From an uncultured Coriobacteriaceae bacterium (GTDB taxonomy: Bacteria; Actinomycetota; Coriobacteriia; Anaerosomatales; Anaerosomataceae): DNA of 45,997 nt. Position 1 is the stretch's first letter. The number at the start of each line of letters is the position of its first letter. The stretch spans positions 1 through 45,997 of the forward strand of contig CAZGNF010000001.1 in assembly GCA_964527045.1 (NCBI GenBank), written 5' to 3'. The position numbers and the translations under genes are program-made. Positions 38,169-45,997 of this stretch are shown here, one piece after another. The notes under the pieces were generated by a model. It was not told where the DNA came from. It did not search any database and saw only the letters and a program-made list of their open reading frames with translations.

Positions 38169-39358
38169 AGCGACTCCACCTTCCGCTTGAGCGTGAACAA
38201 GCCAGCCAGGTAGATGACGATGACCCATGCGGTTGCGGCGAGCAGGTTCTGCCACACATCGGCCCAACCCAGGCCGTACGCCGTGATACCCGTGAGAACC
38301 TGCGTCATGCCGTACGTTGGCAGGAAGCGAATCCACTCACTGGCTGTACCGGGCAGCAAGATCGCAAACGCGGGGATCATGAGCGGCACGAGGAAGAGCA
38401 CCCCATAGAAGAGCGTCCCGAGGAAGTCCTTCCCGGCCGCTCCGACGATCATCGCCACACCGGTGAACATGAGCGAGCCGACCAGCATTGTGAGCAAGAG
38501 CAGCCACCAGTTGGTCGCAGTGAAGGCACCGATCGCGATCAACACGATCATCCCCTGCGACATTGCCAGCATCGTGCCGTAGATGGTCTTGGCCATCAGG
38601 AAGTCGCCGGCTCGCGCGGGGGTCACGAGCACTGCGGTCACGGTTCGGTTCATGACCTCGCTTGAGACAAGCGATGCCATCGAGAGCACCTCGACCATGA
38701 GGACGAAGAGCGCCAGCATCGGCCGCATCTTCTCTCGTATCGATATCTGATCACCAGCTCGATCGGTGCCGAGGATGATGTTTTCCTGGGCGGGCTCGGT
38801 AACGGGAACCGCATCGCCCGCGAGGGCGTACGCGATCTCGCGTACGAAGCTCTTCATGGCCCCCTGGATCTCCGGCGGGACTCCGGCATCCGAGTACACC
38901 GTAACGGCCGTCTTCTCCTTGGCGGCCGTCTTCTCCAGGAAGTCGGCCGGGAATCCGATACCGATCGCGACTGCGACCTTCTCGGCATCCTTGGGTTTCT
39001 CGTCGCCGGCCGCCTTGTCGCGCAGGAACGTCTTCGTTCCGTCGTTCGATTCCCAGTACTCAAGGTCACCCGCGACGACCTTCTTGAGTTCTTCTTCCGA
39101 GGAGAACTGCACCAGTTTCAGGCCCTCTGAGGCATCTGCGCCTTCCTGGTACTGGTCGAACAGAGAGTCCATGCCGACCTGGTGCACGCCGAGTGTGAGC
39201 GTCTCGTCGACGGTGCTCGGCGCGATGTAGAAGAAGCCGATGAAGAACACGAGCCCCAGTATCGAAAGGAACAGGTAGAGCGTGTCGCGCGAGAACTCCA
39301 CGAGGTCCTTCTTGACGATCGCGGAGACAATCGCGGCACGGGAGACGGTCCGGCTCAT
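38165..39358 (-). CDS. ABC-2 type transporter permease
   Basis: 397 aa. N-terminal IVKKDLVEFSRDTLYLFLSILGLVFFIGFF, a large loop, then 5 C-terminal TM helices. ATGA overlap with the ATPase stop. Confidence 0.85.
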   Translation of the reverse strand: MSRTVSRAAIVSAIVKKDLVEFSRDTLYLFLSILGLVFFIGFFYIAPSTVDETLTLGVHQVGMDSLFDQYQEGADASEGLKLVQFSSEEELKKVVAGDLEYWESNDGTKTFLRDKAAGDEKPKDAEKVAVAIGIGFPADFLEKTAAKEKTAVTVYSDAGVPPEIQGAMKSFVREIAYALAGDAVPVTEPAQENIILGTDRAGDQISIREKMRPMLALFVLMVEVLSMASLVSSEVMNRTVTAVLVTPARAGDFLMAKTIYGTMLAMSQGMIVLIAIGAFTATNWWLLLLTMLVGSLMFTGVAMIVGAAGKDFLGTLFYGVLFLVPLMIPAFAILLPGTASEWIRFLPTYGMTQVLTGITAYGLGWADVWQNLLAATAWVIVIYLAGLFTLKRKVESL

Positions 39359-40218
39359 CCCACCAGCCCCCTGCCCGTCATCTGGATGAAGATGTCTTCG
39401 AGCGTGGCCTCCTCGGTATGGATCGTGAGGACCTCACCCGAACCGACGACCTCCTTGAGCAGCTCGCCGGATTGCGGCGTGTCGAGCGCGACGATCTCCT
39501 CGCGGACGCCAGAGCCGTCGCGGAGCCGCACCTTCACCGAGCGTTTGCCGAACTTGAGCTTCAGGTTCTCCGGGGTGTCGATCGCCACGATGACGCCGTC
39601 GTTGATGAACGCGACGCGGTCGGAGAGTTCATCGGCCTCGAACATGTCGTGCGTTGTGAGCAGCACCGCAGAACCTCGGCCTGCCTCTTCCTTGATCGTG
39701 TTACGGATCGATGCCGAGGTCACCGGGTCGAGTCCGTCTGTCGGCTCGTCGAGGAAGAGGACGTCGGGCTTGTTGATGAAGGCGCGGGAGATCATCATGC
39801 GCTGCCGCATGCCCTTGGAGTACGTCTTCACGCGATCCTTGGCGCGGTCCGCGAGTCCTACTCGCCGCAGGACTTCGATCGAGTCGGCGTCTTTGATGCC
39901 GTAGAGCGATGCATAGAAGTCGAGGTTCTCCTTGGCGGACATTGAGAGGTAGAGGTTCTTCTCCTCGAAGCAGACGCCGATCCGTGCCTGGATGTCCGGG
40001 TCATCGAGCGTGATGTCTTTGCCCAGGATCTGGGCGACTCCGCTCTTGGGGGCAATCTGACCGGTGAGCATCTTGATGGTGGTGGACTTTCCGGCACCGT
40101 TGGGGCCGAGGAAGCCCAGGATCTCACCGGGTTGGACCTCGAACGAGATGCCCTTCACAGCCAGCAAGTCACCGTACGAGTACGTTATGTCCTCGACTTT
40201 GATGGCGGCTTCCGTCAT
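39355..40218 (-). CDS. ABC transporter ATP-binding protein (ABC-2/DrrA-like)
   Basis: Walker A GPNGAGKSTT, signature YSKGMRQR and Walker B VLFLDEPTDGLD. ATG 40218 forms an ATGA overlap with the regulator stop. Confidence 0.92.
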   Translation of the reverse strand: MTEAAIKVEDITYSYGDLLAVKGISFEVQPGEILGFLGPNGAGKSTTIKMLTGQIAPKSGVAQILGKDITLDDPDIQARIGVCFEEKNLYLSMSAKENLDFYASLYGIKDADSIEVLRRVGLADRAKDRVKTYSKGMRQRMMISRAFINKPDVLFLDEPTDGLDPVTSASIRNTIKEEAGRGSAVLLTTHDMFEADELSDRVAFINDGVIVAIDTPENLKLKFGKRSVKVRLRDGSGVREEIVALDTPQSGELLKEVVGSGEVLTIHTEEATLEDIFIQMTGRGLVG

Positions 40219-40682
40219 GACATGCCCCTCTCTCGCCAATGCTGCATCACGGTCTGGTACTCGCCCTCAAAGAACGAGTAGATGTCGTACATCTCCTGGA
40301 GCCGTTCTTTCGCCTTGTCGGTCTCGGCCATTGCAAGCGCTTCGCGGGCGGTGTTGGTCACGGCGGTCATCGCCTCGAACTTCTTTGCGAGGATCGGCCC
40401 CCAAACGCCCTTGAGCAGACGGTAGTACGCTTCGCGAGAGTTCTTGACGCGGTAGCGCTCGGCGAGCCCCATCGCCAACAGCAGCTGGGTCGAGGTGCTA
40501 ACGGATGCTTTGCTGATCTCCAGCTCCTCGACGATCTGACTCGTCGACAGCCCTTCTCCTTCTGCAAGCATCAGGGCCGAGTAGATGCGTGCCGTCAGGT
40601 GGGGAAAACCCAGAGTCTCCATCATGGTCGTCATGCGCTCGAAGAGAACCGAGCGCTTCTTGGCCTGTTCGGTGTCTGCCAC
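40215..40682 (-). CDS. GbsR/MarR-type winged-helix transcriptional regulator
   Basis: 155 aa. METLGFPHLTARIYSALMLAEGEGLSTSQIVEELEISKASVSTSTQLLLAMGLAERY matches the GbsR-like wHTH layout. GTG start with a GAGGAGG RBS. Confidence 0.75.
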   Translation of the reverse strand: MADTEQAKKRSVLFERMTTMMETLGFPHLTARIYSALMLAEGEGLSTSQIVEELEISKASVSTSTQLLLAMGLAERYRVKNSREAYYRLLKGVWGPILAKKFEAMTAVTNTAREALAMAETDKAKERLQEMYDIYSFFEGEYQTVMQHWRERGMS

Positions 40683-40716
40683 GGGACCTCCTCTCGCTAG
40701 TATTCAATCCTTTCCC

Positions 40717-40746
40717 AACGTTCAGTATCTTCTAAACGTTCCAGTA
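40717..40746. promoter_or_regulatory. Direct repeat AACGTTC(C)AGTA x2 over the predicted gbsR-like promoter; candidate operator
   Basis: AACGTTCAGTA (40717-40727) and AACGTTCCAGTA (40735-40746). The minus strand also carries TTGACT, a 16-nt spacer, then GATACT spanning these repeats. Confidence 0.4.
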
Positions 40747-40768
40747 GTCAATATCCGCCGCCGACCAG

Positions 40769-40828
40769 TTGACACGCTCATCGCCAATGTACTATACATA
40801 GCTAGGTACTATGCAACGTACAGTACGT
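40769..40828 (+). promoter_or_regulatory. padR promoter with two palindromic operator candidates
   Basis: TTGACA (40769-40774) followed by a TACTAT/TATACA -10 window (40790-40798). Palindrome ATGTACTATACAT lies at 40787-40799. Perfect palindrome ACGTACAGTACGT lies at 40816-40828. Confidence 0.5.
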
Positions 40829-40847
40829 ATCACGGGACGAGGCTGTG

Positions 40848-41189
40848 ATGGGCGGGGACTTCGAGAACTACTCGGCACAGTTGAGGAAGGGCGTCGTGCA
40901 GCTGCTTGTGCTGCAGGTGCTCAGCACAGGACCGCTGTACGGATATGCCCTCGTGAAGCGACTTGAGGAACTCGGCGAGTTCGTGGCAGGCGAAGGCACG
41001 GTGTATCCCGTGTTGCGACGCCTTGAGGCGGATGGACTTCTCTCGGCGGACTGGGTGAACGATGTGCCCGGCAACCCAAGGAAGTACTACGCGGTGACCG
41101 CGGCAGGCGCGGCGTTTCTGGAGCGCACGCTTGAGGAGTGGGATCGGATCGTAGCGGCGGTGCACGGGCTGAGGGGGGCCGAGCAGTGA
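40848..41189 (+). CDS. PadR-family transcriptional regulator
   Basis: LRKGVVQLLVLQVLSTGPLYGYALVKRLEE...GTVYPVLRRLEADGLL...PRKYYAVTAAG is the PadR signature. Start is ATG 40848 or GTG 40845. Confidence 0.9.
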   Translation: MGGDFENYSAQLRKGVVQLLVLQVLSTGPLYGYALVKRLEELGEFVAGEGTVYPVLRRLEADGLLSADWVNDVPGNPRKYYAVTAAGAAFLERTLEEWDRIVAAVHGLRGAEQ

Positions 41190-42316
41190 CGGAGAACCGG
41201 AGTGAGGGAGCGGTGGCCGCGTTGGATATCGATGAGTACCTTGCGGCGTTGCGCATGGGCCTGCGGGGGCTGGCCCGACCGGATGTCGACGCGATCGTAG
41301 CGGAGACGCGATCGCATCTGCGCGACACGATGGCGGACGGCGTTGCGCTTGACGCGGCGATCGGTGAGTTCGGGCCGGCCCATGCGGTCGCCGCTGAGAT
41401 CATCGAGGGGCGCATCCGGCCCGAGGGCGGCGAGCCGCTTCGTGCTCCCGGCCGTGGCCGGAGGTTCCTCGCGTGGCTTGTGGACGTCTTCATCGGCTGG
41501 GGGCCGCTCGCAATCAACCCGGTGTGGATGTCGCTCATCGGTTGGGTGCAGTTCTTCGTGATGATGAACGCCGAGGAGCGCGCTGCGATGGAGGCTGTCG
41601 TGGGCAGCGAGATGTACTCGGCGCTGTTTTCGCCGCTCATGATGGCGACCGCCGCGACATCGCTCGCCTGGGGCCTCTTCTACTGGCTGTGGCCGCGCCG
41701 TGCAAGAAGTTCGAGTGTTGGGATGCGGATGGCAGGCATCTCGCGTGTGATCGGGAAGTCGGGCGTCGAGGTAGTCGATGCCGCGTCGCTCGCGGTGACG
41801 GAGCCGGCTGTGATCGTTGCACGGCCGAAGTGGTATCTGGCGGCGCCCACGGCCTTGTTCGGCGTCATCGTGTTGCTGGCCGTTGCGTACTACAGCGTGA
41901 TGGCAGTGGGGTCGTTCTTCCAGCCGTTCAACCGGCTGCTCGGCGAGCAGGCGACGGCTGCCGAGCTTGAGGGCGCGCGCGACACATACGCCGCATTCTA
42001 TGATGCGGTTGTCGCTGGCGATGCGGCCACAGCGAGGAGCTACGTGACCGGAGCTGCCGCAGCCGAGGTGGACGCGTTCGTCGCTCGTCGCATGGCGGAC
42101 GGCGTGACAGCGTGGACCTTTGGGCCGGCACTGCCTCCCAACGAGTGGATCATCGTCGAAACGCTCGGTTCGGGACCCGACGCCAAGACGAGAGACGTGT
42201 TCGTGGCCGTTCAGCGAACGGAAGACGCCAGCGATCCGGCGAACACGATCGTCCGCTATCGAATCAGCCTCTTCACCGAGGATGCTATGAGCAAGGACCG
42301 TCCGGGCAATCAGTAG
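41186..42316 (+). CDS. PadR-associated membrane sensor: DUF1700-like N-terminal helical module, RDD-like TM domain and a C-terminal extracytoplasmic domain
   Basis: The GTG at 41186 overlaps the padR stop (GTGA). N-terminal IDEYLAALRMGLRGLARPDVDAIVAETRSHLRD is DUF1700-like. RRFLAWLVDVFIGWG...VGMRMAGI is RDD-like. One further TM helix follows, then a roughly 125-aa soluble tail. Confidence 0.65.
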   Translation: MTENRSEGAVAALDIDEYLAALRMGLRGLARPDVDAIVAETRSHLRDTMADGVALDAAIGEFGPAHAVAAEIIEGRIRPEGGEPLRAPGRGRRFLAWLVDVFIGWGPLAINPVWMSLIGWVQFFVMMNAEERAAMEAVVGSEMYSALFSPLMMATAATSLAWGLFYWLWPRRARSSSVGMRMAGISRVIGKSGVEVVDAASLAVTEPAVIVARPKWYLAAPTALFGVIVLLAVAYYSVMAVGSFFQPFNRLLGEQATAAELEGARDTYAAFYDAVVAGDAATARSYVTGAAAAEVDAFVARRMADGVTAWTFGPALPPNEWIIVETLGSGPDAKTRDVFVAVQRTEDASDPANTIVRYRISLFTEDAMSKDRPGNQ

Positions 42317-42319
42317 CGT

Positions 42320-43468
42320 TCAGTAGCGGAACAGCGCCACGGCCGCACCGTCCCTCGGCATTTCCGAGGGGGGCACCGAGAAGACACTTCCGCCTGCGAG
42401 GATCGTGCGAAGCGCCGCAAGGTCGAGCAGGTCATCGTCAGCGGGCTGGCGAAGCGAGTGGATATCCACGCTGTTTGCCTTCTCATCAACCGTGCCCCAG
42501 AGCTCGGCCTCGTTGTTGACGAAGAGCGCTTCTACGCGCCCGTGGACGGCCGCCAGAACGAAGATCTCCGGGTCCGACGTCGCGCGTGGTGTGGCCCAGA
42601 GCTCATCGACGCGCTGGACGGCATGTCGCTGCTCGGCCGAGAACGCCTCTGCAGCGATGTCGGCGGATCGCTCGTGGAGTGTCTCGTCGCCGAGCGACTC
42701 GGGGTTGCCGATGACCGCCCGCTCGCTCAGCGCGGGGTAGGAGTTGATCTCGTGGTAGAGCGGCAGCAGATAGTCGACACCGGCCAGGATAAGCGGCGCT
42801 CCGTCTTTCACGTGTTCGACGAGAGCGCGGTCGATGTCACGGAAGTAGCGCATGATCTCGTCCTTGGGATCAGGTTCACCAGACCCGTGGAACACCGGCG
42901 ACCGACGCCCGCCCGAGACACCGTTGGTGGCGCTGTGGTATTGCAGCGACTGCTTCTCAAAATCGGTCCACTTGAGCGCGTCGGCAAGGCTCGATGGAGC
43001 GTCTCCCAGGTCGACCTCGGCGAGGCCGGCCACGGAGCCGCGCAGCAGGCGTGCCCGATTCTGTGACAGCGTGAGCAGGTAGTAGTGGCGATCACGGCCC
43101 AGGAGCTGGAGCAGCGGGCGCAGGTGATACTGCGTGCCGACCACGACCATCTCCGGCGGGGCCTCGGGGAGCCGAAACACTCGGACGCCGCCGTCGGCGA
43201 AGAGCGCGAGGCCTTCCTCGGCGCGGAGCCAGAACGGTCGGTCATCGGAGAGCTGGCGGACGGGGTCGAGCACAGCGTCGATTTCGGTCGGGCGAAGGCC
43301 CATCTCGGCCAGTTGCGCCGAGGCCGACTTGAGGAGGTTCTTGAGGCGCCCGACGTTCTCGATCTGGCTGTCAGGCCCGAAGGGTTGGGTCGGCATGTAC
43401 ATCGACACGAGCGGGCCGCCAGTGTGCCCGGAGAGTTCCTTGAGGTCGGGAAGTGACAGTACGTCCAT
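42320..43468 (-). CDS. eRF1-like protein resembling the bacterial archaeo-eukaryotic release factor (baeRF) families; tentative
   Basis: 382 aa from ATG 43468. Blocks that I associate from memory with baeRF proteins: GPLVSMYMPTQPFGPDSQIENVGRLKNLL, VVVGTQYHLRPLL, YYLLTLSQNRARLL, PVFHGSGEPDPKDEIMRYFRDIDRAL and LILAGVDYLLPLYHE. The track start at 43603 adds 45 unlikely residues. Confidence 0.55.
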   Translation of the reverse strand: MDVLSLPDLKELSGHTGGPLVSMYMPTQPFGPDSQIENVGRLKNLLKSASAQLAEMGLRPTEIDAVLDPVRQLSDDRPFWLRAEEGLALFADGGVRVFRLPEAPPEMVVVGTQYHLRPLLQLLGRDRHYYLLTLSQNRARLLRGSVAGLAEVDLGDAPSSLADALKWTDFEKQSLQYHSATNGVSGGRRSPVFHGSGEPDPKDEIMRYFRDIDRALVEHVKDGAPLILAGVDYLLPLYHEINSYPALSERAVIGNPESLGDETLHERSADIAAEAFSAEQRHAVQRVDELWATPRATSDPEIFVLAAVHGRVEALFVNNEAELWGTVDEKANSVDIHSLRQPADDDLLDLAALRTILAGGSVFSVPPSEMPRDGAAVALFRY

Positions 43469-43499
43469 GAGAGGTCCTTTCTGCCGGAGTTCCGAGGTG

Positions 43500-44147
43500 T
43501 CAGCGTCCGAAGACGCCGGTGATGGTGCCAGACGCCAGGGTGTGTCCGGAGACCGCTTGTGCGATCTCGGCTGCGTCAGGCTCCTTGGAAAGCGAGAGTC
43601 CATCGATATCGAGCGCGTACACCGTTACCACGTAGTCGTGATCGCCAGAGCCGACGGGCGGTTTCGGTCCGCCGTAGCCAACACGACCAGCGGTGTTCTT
43701 GAGCTCCGTGGCCGGCGCATCCAGGGACCCTGATGCCCCTTCTGCCATCTCGGTCATGGATGAGGGGATGCCGATGACGACCCAATGCACCCACATTCGG
43801 GCGACGGGATGATGGTCCACGATCGTGACGACGATCGAACGAGTGCCCTCCGGAGGCGCGCTCCATGCGACCTGCGGCGAGGTGTTGGAGGCGCCTTCGA
43901 CGCCAATGGCGCAGAACTTCGCCGGGATCGTGCCGCCATCACTGAATGCCGTCGAAGTCACAGTGAGCATCCCGGGCGCGCCTCCATCTGGTGCAGTAAC
44001 AGCTGCCGGGGCGCCGGGGGCGGCCGATCTCGAACAACCGGAGGGAGTAGTACCCACGAGCGCGAGCAAACAGGCCAGACACATGAGCCAGTTGCGGTGA
44101 CCTGTCAAAGCCCGCCCCCTTGTGTGGCGCCACGACAGAAGGTACAT
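43500..44147 (-). CDS. YbhB/YbcL (PEBP) family protein, probably a lipoprotein; start uncertain
   Basis: GYGGPKPPVGSGDHDYVVTVYALD and HWVVIGIP are PEBP-family signatures. The hydrophobic leader LMCLACLLALVGTTPSGC is lipobox-like. Candidate starts are ATG 44147, TTG 44108 (AAGGGGG RBS), ATG 44084 and TTG 44186. Confidence 0.75.
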   Translation of the reverse strand: MYLLSWRHTRGRALTGHRNWLMCLACLLALVGTTPSGCSRSAAPGAPAAVTAPDGGAPGMLTVTSTAFSDGGTIPAKFCAIGVEGASNTSPQVAWSAPPEGTRSIVVTIVDHHPVARMWVHWVVIGIPSSMTEMAEGASGSLDAPATELKNTAGRVGYGGPKPPVGSGDHDYVVTVYALDIDGLSLSKEPDAAEIAQAVSGHTLASGTITGVFGR

Positions 44148-44269
44148 ACCCACTCGGCGGGAGGACGGGGACGTGATTCTTGCCAACGAGGCAGCCGCAC
44201 TTGGCGCGAACTGTGCAACGTGGCACTCTAGGTAGACCCTGACCGGACTCGTTAGCCGAGGAGTACGTG

Positions 44270-45997
44270 ATGCGCCGCGCCCTGAACAGCACGATCGCTA
44301 CGCTTGTGACGACCGTGCTGCTGCTCGGTCTGGTCGCACCGGCGGTCGCGCGCCCCGAAGCGCAGGTCTCGGCGCACGCGCCAGCCACAGGCGTTATCGT
44401 GCGCTGGGAGGACGGAGCTGCGGCTACCGTTAAGGCGGCGCTTGCGAAGCGCGGTCTGCGCGTTCAGCGGATGATGTACGGCAATCGCGGCGCGGTCGTG
44501 GCGATTCCCAACGGCGCGGACCCCGAGGCGCTGCGCGCGTCGCTCGCGGCCGAACCCGGTGTGCGAATCGCCGCCGAGGATGGTCAGGTCATCCGTCCGC
44601 TGTGGACGCCGGATGACCCGCGGTATGAGGCGCAGTGGGCGTACTCGCGAATCCAGGCTGAAGAGGCGTGGGACATCGAACGCGGCGAGGCGTTCGTCAC
44701 CGTTGGCGTTATCGACACAGGTGCCGATCTCGCGCACCCGGAGCTGATTCCGGCCCTCGACCTGACGCGCGACTATGACTTCGTCTCCGATGATGACAGC
44801 GCGGATGACCTGAACGGCCACGGTACGCACGTATCCGGGATCATCGCTGCAGCGAGCAACAACGCGACCGGTGTCGCCGGCACGGCTCCGGGTGTGAGGA
44901 TCGTGCCGATCAAGGTCATTGGCAAGTACACGGGATCAAACGCGGACTTCATCGATGGCCTGTACTATGCGGCCGATCTTGGCGTAGACGTCGTGAACAT
45001 CAGCCTCGGAGGCACTGCAGCTGAGATCGGCGCGAGCGGCCGTGTCGCCATGCAGGAGGCGGTGGATTACGCACACTCGAAGGGCGTAGTGATCATCGGC
45101 GCGGTCGGCAACGAGGGCCGCAACGATATCTACTACCCGGCAGCGTGCGAACATGTCATCGGCGTGGGTGCCACTGACTCGGCCGACGTGGTAGCGACGT
45201 ACTCGAACTACGGAAGCCGGTTGGATATCATGGCGCCCGGCGGGACCTCAGGGACCGCCGGGGTTCTCTCCACGTACACGTACACCGGACTTCACACCTA
45301 CACGTATCTGTTCGGTACCTCGATGGCGGCGCCGTTCGTCACGGGAGCGGCGGCGTTGCTGCGTTCCCACGCTCCGGGGGCCACGTCGGCCGAGATCGAA
45401 AATGCACTGCTCTCCTCGGCAAAGGACCTTGGCGCGCCCGGGTGGGACCTCATGTACGGGCACGGCCTCCTGCAGCTGCGCGATGCTCTTGAGACCATCG
45501 TGCCGCCTCCCGCGCCAAGCGTGACGCGGATCTACGGGGCTGATCGGTACGCCACCGCGATCGCGCAGTCGGTTGCTGGCTTTGAGAGCGGGACGGTGAC
45601 CACGACGGTGGTGGCGTGCGGTGAGGACTTCCCGGATGCGCTCACCGGCGGCTCTCTTGCCGGCGCCTATGGAAGCCCACTACTCCTGACGCGGCGCACG
45701 TCGCTTCCCACCGGGCTCCTCGCCGAGATCGGGCGTCTGGGCGCGACGAAGGTCGTGCTCATCGGTGGAACGGCTGCTGTCGATCAGTCCGTTGCGCAGG
45801 CGCTCACCACAGCGGGGCTCGACGTGCAGCGCATCGCGGGCGCAGACCGGTACGCGACGGCCGCCGCTGTTGCGTCGGCGCTCACAACGGTGACCGGACA
45901 GGCGTCGATCCCGCAGGCGTTCCTCACACGAGGCGACGTGTATGCCGACGCGCTCGCGGTATCGCCGCTCGCTGCCGAGAACGGCATCCCGGTGCTG
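44270..45997 (+). CDS. Secreted subtilisin-like S8 serine protease with C-terminal cell-wall-binding (CWB2-type) repeats; 3' end beyond the window
   Basis: Not in the track because there is no stop in the window. ATG 44270 follows GAGGAG. The signal peptide is MRRALNSTIATLVTTVLLLGLVAPAVARP. The catalytic triad blocks are VIDTGAD, NGHGTHVSG and GTSMAAPFV. From about 45520 there are repeats of the form R(I)xGADRYATA. Confidence 0.88.
   Translation, partial: MRRALNSTIATLVTTVLLLGLVAPAVARPEAQVSAHAPATGVIVRWEDGAAATVKAALAKRGLRVQRMMYGNRGAVVAIPNGADPEALRASLAAEPGVRIAAEDGQVIRPLWTPDDPRYEAQWAYSRIQAEEAWDIERGEAFVTVGVIDTGADLAHPELIPALDLTRDYDFVSDDDSADDLNGHGTHVSGIIAAASNNATGVAGTAPGVRIVPIKVIGKYTGSNADFIDGLYYAADLGVDVVNISLGGTAAEIGASGRVAMQEAVDYAHSKGVVIIGAVGNEGRNDIYYPAACEHVIGVGATDSADVVATYSNYGSRLDIMAPGGTSGTAGVLSTYTYTGLHTYTYLFGTSMAAPFVTGAAALLRSHAPGATSAEIENALLSSAKDLGAPGWDLMYGHGLLQLRDALETIVPPPAPSVTRIYGADRYATAIAQSVAGFESGTVTTTVVACGEDFPDALTGGSLAGAYGSPLLLTRRTSLPTGLLAEIGRLGATKVVLIGGTAAVDQSVAQALTTAGLDVQRIAGADRYATAAAVASALTTVTGQASIPQAFLTRGDVYADALAVSPLAAENGIPVL

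Noticed and set aside
38169-38336. 56-codon extension of the second ABC-2 permease, plus similar extensions at 43469-43603 (baeRF-like), 33547-33594 (kinase) and 29162-29203 (MFP)
   Set aside because: In the three cases checked (permease, baeRF-like, MFP) the internal start has an RBS or an ATGA overlap. For the kinase, ATG 33595 has only a weak G-rich upstream stretch. The extensions are Arg/Pro/Ser-rich and overlap upstream genes or intergenic signals.

Overview
High-GC bacterial chromosome segment centred on the replication origin. The gene order looks Gram-positive/Actinomycetota-like, and the reverse rubrerythrin hints at an anaerobe; this lineage call is inference only. Left of about 16 kb, most genes are on the minus strand: ddl, an addB/addA helicase-nuclease pair, a ytxH-like gene, parB, parA, rsmG, jag, yidC, yidD, rnpA and rpmH. 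Three plus-strand genes interrupt this arm (htrA-like, reverse rubrerythrin, rlmN). Right of it, genes are on the plus strand: dnaA, dnaN, recF, DUF721/dciA, gyrB and gyrA. The origin looks bipartite. One DnaA-box cluster lies upstream of dnaA (16102-16626). A second, smaller cluster plus an AT-rich stretch of about 35% GC lies in the dnaA-dnaN spacer (18877-19088). Two parS sites (TGTTTCACGTGAAACA) sit at the 5' end of rsmG. The most unusual item is a 276-aa GHKL-ATPase/wHTH fusion gene wedged between the upstream DnaA boxes and dnaA. The distal 19 kb is accessory-like. It holds an MFS transporter, a HAD phosphatase, a MacAB-like efflux trio, a DUF151 nuclease, a lone tRNA-Ile(GAU) and an orphan 5-PAS histidine kinase. 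It also holds an ATGA-coupled GbsR/ABC-2 operon ending in an unlisted 44-aa membrane microprotein, and a PadR plus membrane-sensor pair. Finally there is an eRF1-like (baeRF-type) protein downstream of a PEBP-family putative lipoprotein, and an S8 protease with cell-wall-binding repeats. I found no CRISPR array, integrase, transposase or prophage genes. Four genes are missing from or misrepresented in the ORF track: ddl and the S8 protease (truncated by the window edges), rpmH and the microprotein (under 60 aa). Several track ORFs carry spurious N-terminal extensions. All homology calls come from motif recognition by eye, not from database searches.
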